Below are positions 63,270 to 64,000 of a DNA stretch of 64,000 nucleotides, piece by piece. A model generated the notes under the pieces. That model did no database searches. It was not told the DNA's origin and worked only from the letters and a program-made list of their open reading frames with translations. How positions within the stretch are numbered: position 1 is the stretch's first letter; every line of letters begins with the position of its first letter. Origin of the DNA: a virus. Both the position numbers and the translations under genes were made by a program. The stretch covers positions 1 through 64,000 of the IMG/VR virus record IMGVR_UViG_3300023171_000008; one strand, 5' to 3'.

Positions 63270-63472
63270 TATTTAGTAAGTTTACTTATTAATTTATCAT
63301 ATACTTTCTCTACATCTTCAAAATCAATAGTAGTATTATTAGCATTATATTTTATCATATCTAAAGCAATTAATAATACTGATTTTTTAAAATTATAATC
63401 GTGTTGATATGTCCAATTGCTTCCTACTAATTTACCAGGAATATATGGTAAAGTTTTAATATTATCTTCCAT
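63269..63472 (-). CDS. Hypothetical protein
   Basis: 67-aa ORF with TAATG-type overlaps. Confidence 0.55.
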   Translation of the reverse strand: MEDNIKTLPYIPGKLVGSNWTYQHDYNFKKSVLLIALDMIKYNANNTTIDFEDVEKVYDKLISKLTK

Positions 63473-63822
63473 TATTCTCTATATTTAGCTTTAATTAATT
63501 GATCTGAAATCATTGCATAAGTTACTCCGTTATGTTCTATAGGGTCTATATTAATTACAGGATATGTTTCATGTGTATCATGTGGATTAACTTCATTCTT
63601 AACCATTTTCTTAATATCAATTAATACTTTATCATTAACTTTAATATCTCTAACATATGGTCCTACTGCAATTACATACTGTACTTCTGACATTGTACTT
63701 TGAGATAGTTGTAGTTCATCATCTTCCTCTACTGTATTTAAAGTAATTATAACTTTATTAAAAGTTGGCTCCCAAGGAAATACTTCTGCAATCTCATTAA
63801 AATCTTTAATCTGTCTTTTCAT
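63472..63822 (-). CDS. GroES-like co-chaperonin
   Basis: EPTFNKVII...VIAVGPYVRDIKVNDKVLI...YAMISDQLI resembles GroES PL.DRV...VVAVG.G...VKVGD.V....I.E.DI. Confidence 0.65.
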   Translation of the reverse strand: MKRQIKDFNEIAEVFPWEPTFNKVIITLNTVEEDDELQLSQSTMSEVQYVIAVGPYVRDIKVNDKVLIDIKKMVKNEVNPHDTHETYPVINIDPIEHNGVTYAMISDQLIKAKYRE

Positions 63823-64000
63823 TCTTCTCTATATATTTTTGTTTAACAATCTCGTCTCTTTTAAGACTTCTTTTAATTATTTCTGAATCTGTATATATTT
63901 TACCTATGTATTTAAAGTAAAAATTAGTTCTTAAATTATCTATTTCTTCATTTGTTAATCCTTCAAAGTTTAACTCTCTTATAGTTTTATAAGCAAATCT
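63806..64000 (-). CDS. Partial HU/IHF-like protein (5' end outside window)
   Basis: Open frame RFAYKTIRELNFEGL...TNFYFKYIGKIY...EKTD*. Confidence 0.4.
   Translation of the reverse strand, partial: RFAYKTIRELNFEGLTNEEIDNLRTNFYFKYIGKIYTDSEIIKRSLKRDEIVKQKYIEKNEKTD

Noticed and set aside
1-64000. Stop-codon reassignment (TAG/TGA), as in some crAss-like phages
   Set aside because: Genes of expected full length, including vRNAP, portal and TerL, are intact in the standard code. TAG and TGA end genes at sensible coupled junctions (e.g. 433, 3283, 11022).
1-64000. CRISPR array, integrase, tRNA/rRNA genes
   Set aside because: Coding density is very high, intergenic gaps are short, and no repeat-spacer or canonical RNA gene patterns were seen by eye.

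Overview
A very AT-rich 64 kb segment of a crAss-like phage (Crassvirales). The host is probably an aerobic Bacteroidota such as Flavobacteriaceae, inferred from Bacteroidota-type TAnnTTTG promoters and a class Id RNR. It reads in the standard genetic code. Two arms converge on a bidirectional terminator at about 12.55 kb. The + arm (1-12.5 kb) carries replication and nucleotide-metabolism genes: degenerate UDG, RusA-like resolvase, PD-(D/E)XK nuclease, three MazG-like proteins, class Id NrdB/NrdA, SF2 helicase, a metallophosphoesterase, ThyA and KTSC. The - arm (64-12.6 kb) is the virion module: GroES-like, putative TerS, GroEL-like, TerL, portal, scaffold-like, major capsid, ring/hub/fibre proteins, lysis cassette, muzzle, and five cargo/ejection proteins including a 2212-aa DFDID virion RNA polymerase. 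The main observation is that the three giant ejection proteins (5048 aa in total) contain only four cysteines by my manual scan. All four sit at facing termini (...RCK*/MACK...; ...KCK*/MKNC...), suggesting a disulfide-linked head-to-tail ejection 'train'. Other highlights are a GroEL/GroES pair inside the packaging cluster, six promoters with an exact 17-nt spacer, a chain of shared domains among fibre proteins, and a multi-stem RNA-like element after nrdA. All product calls come from motif recognition and synteny; no database search was run.
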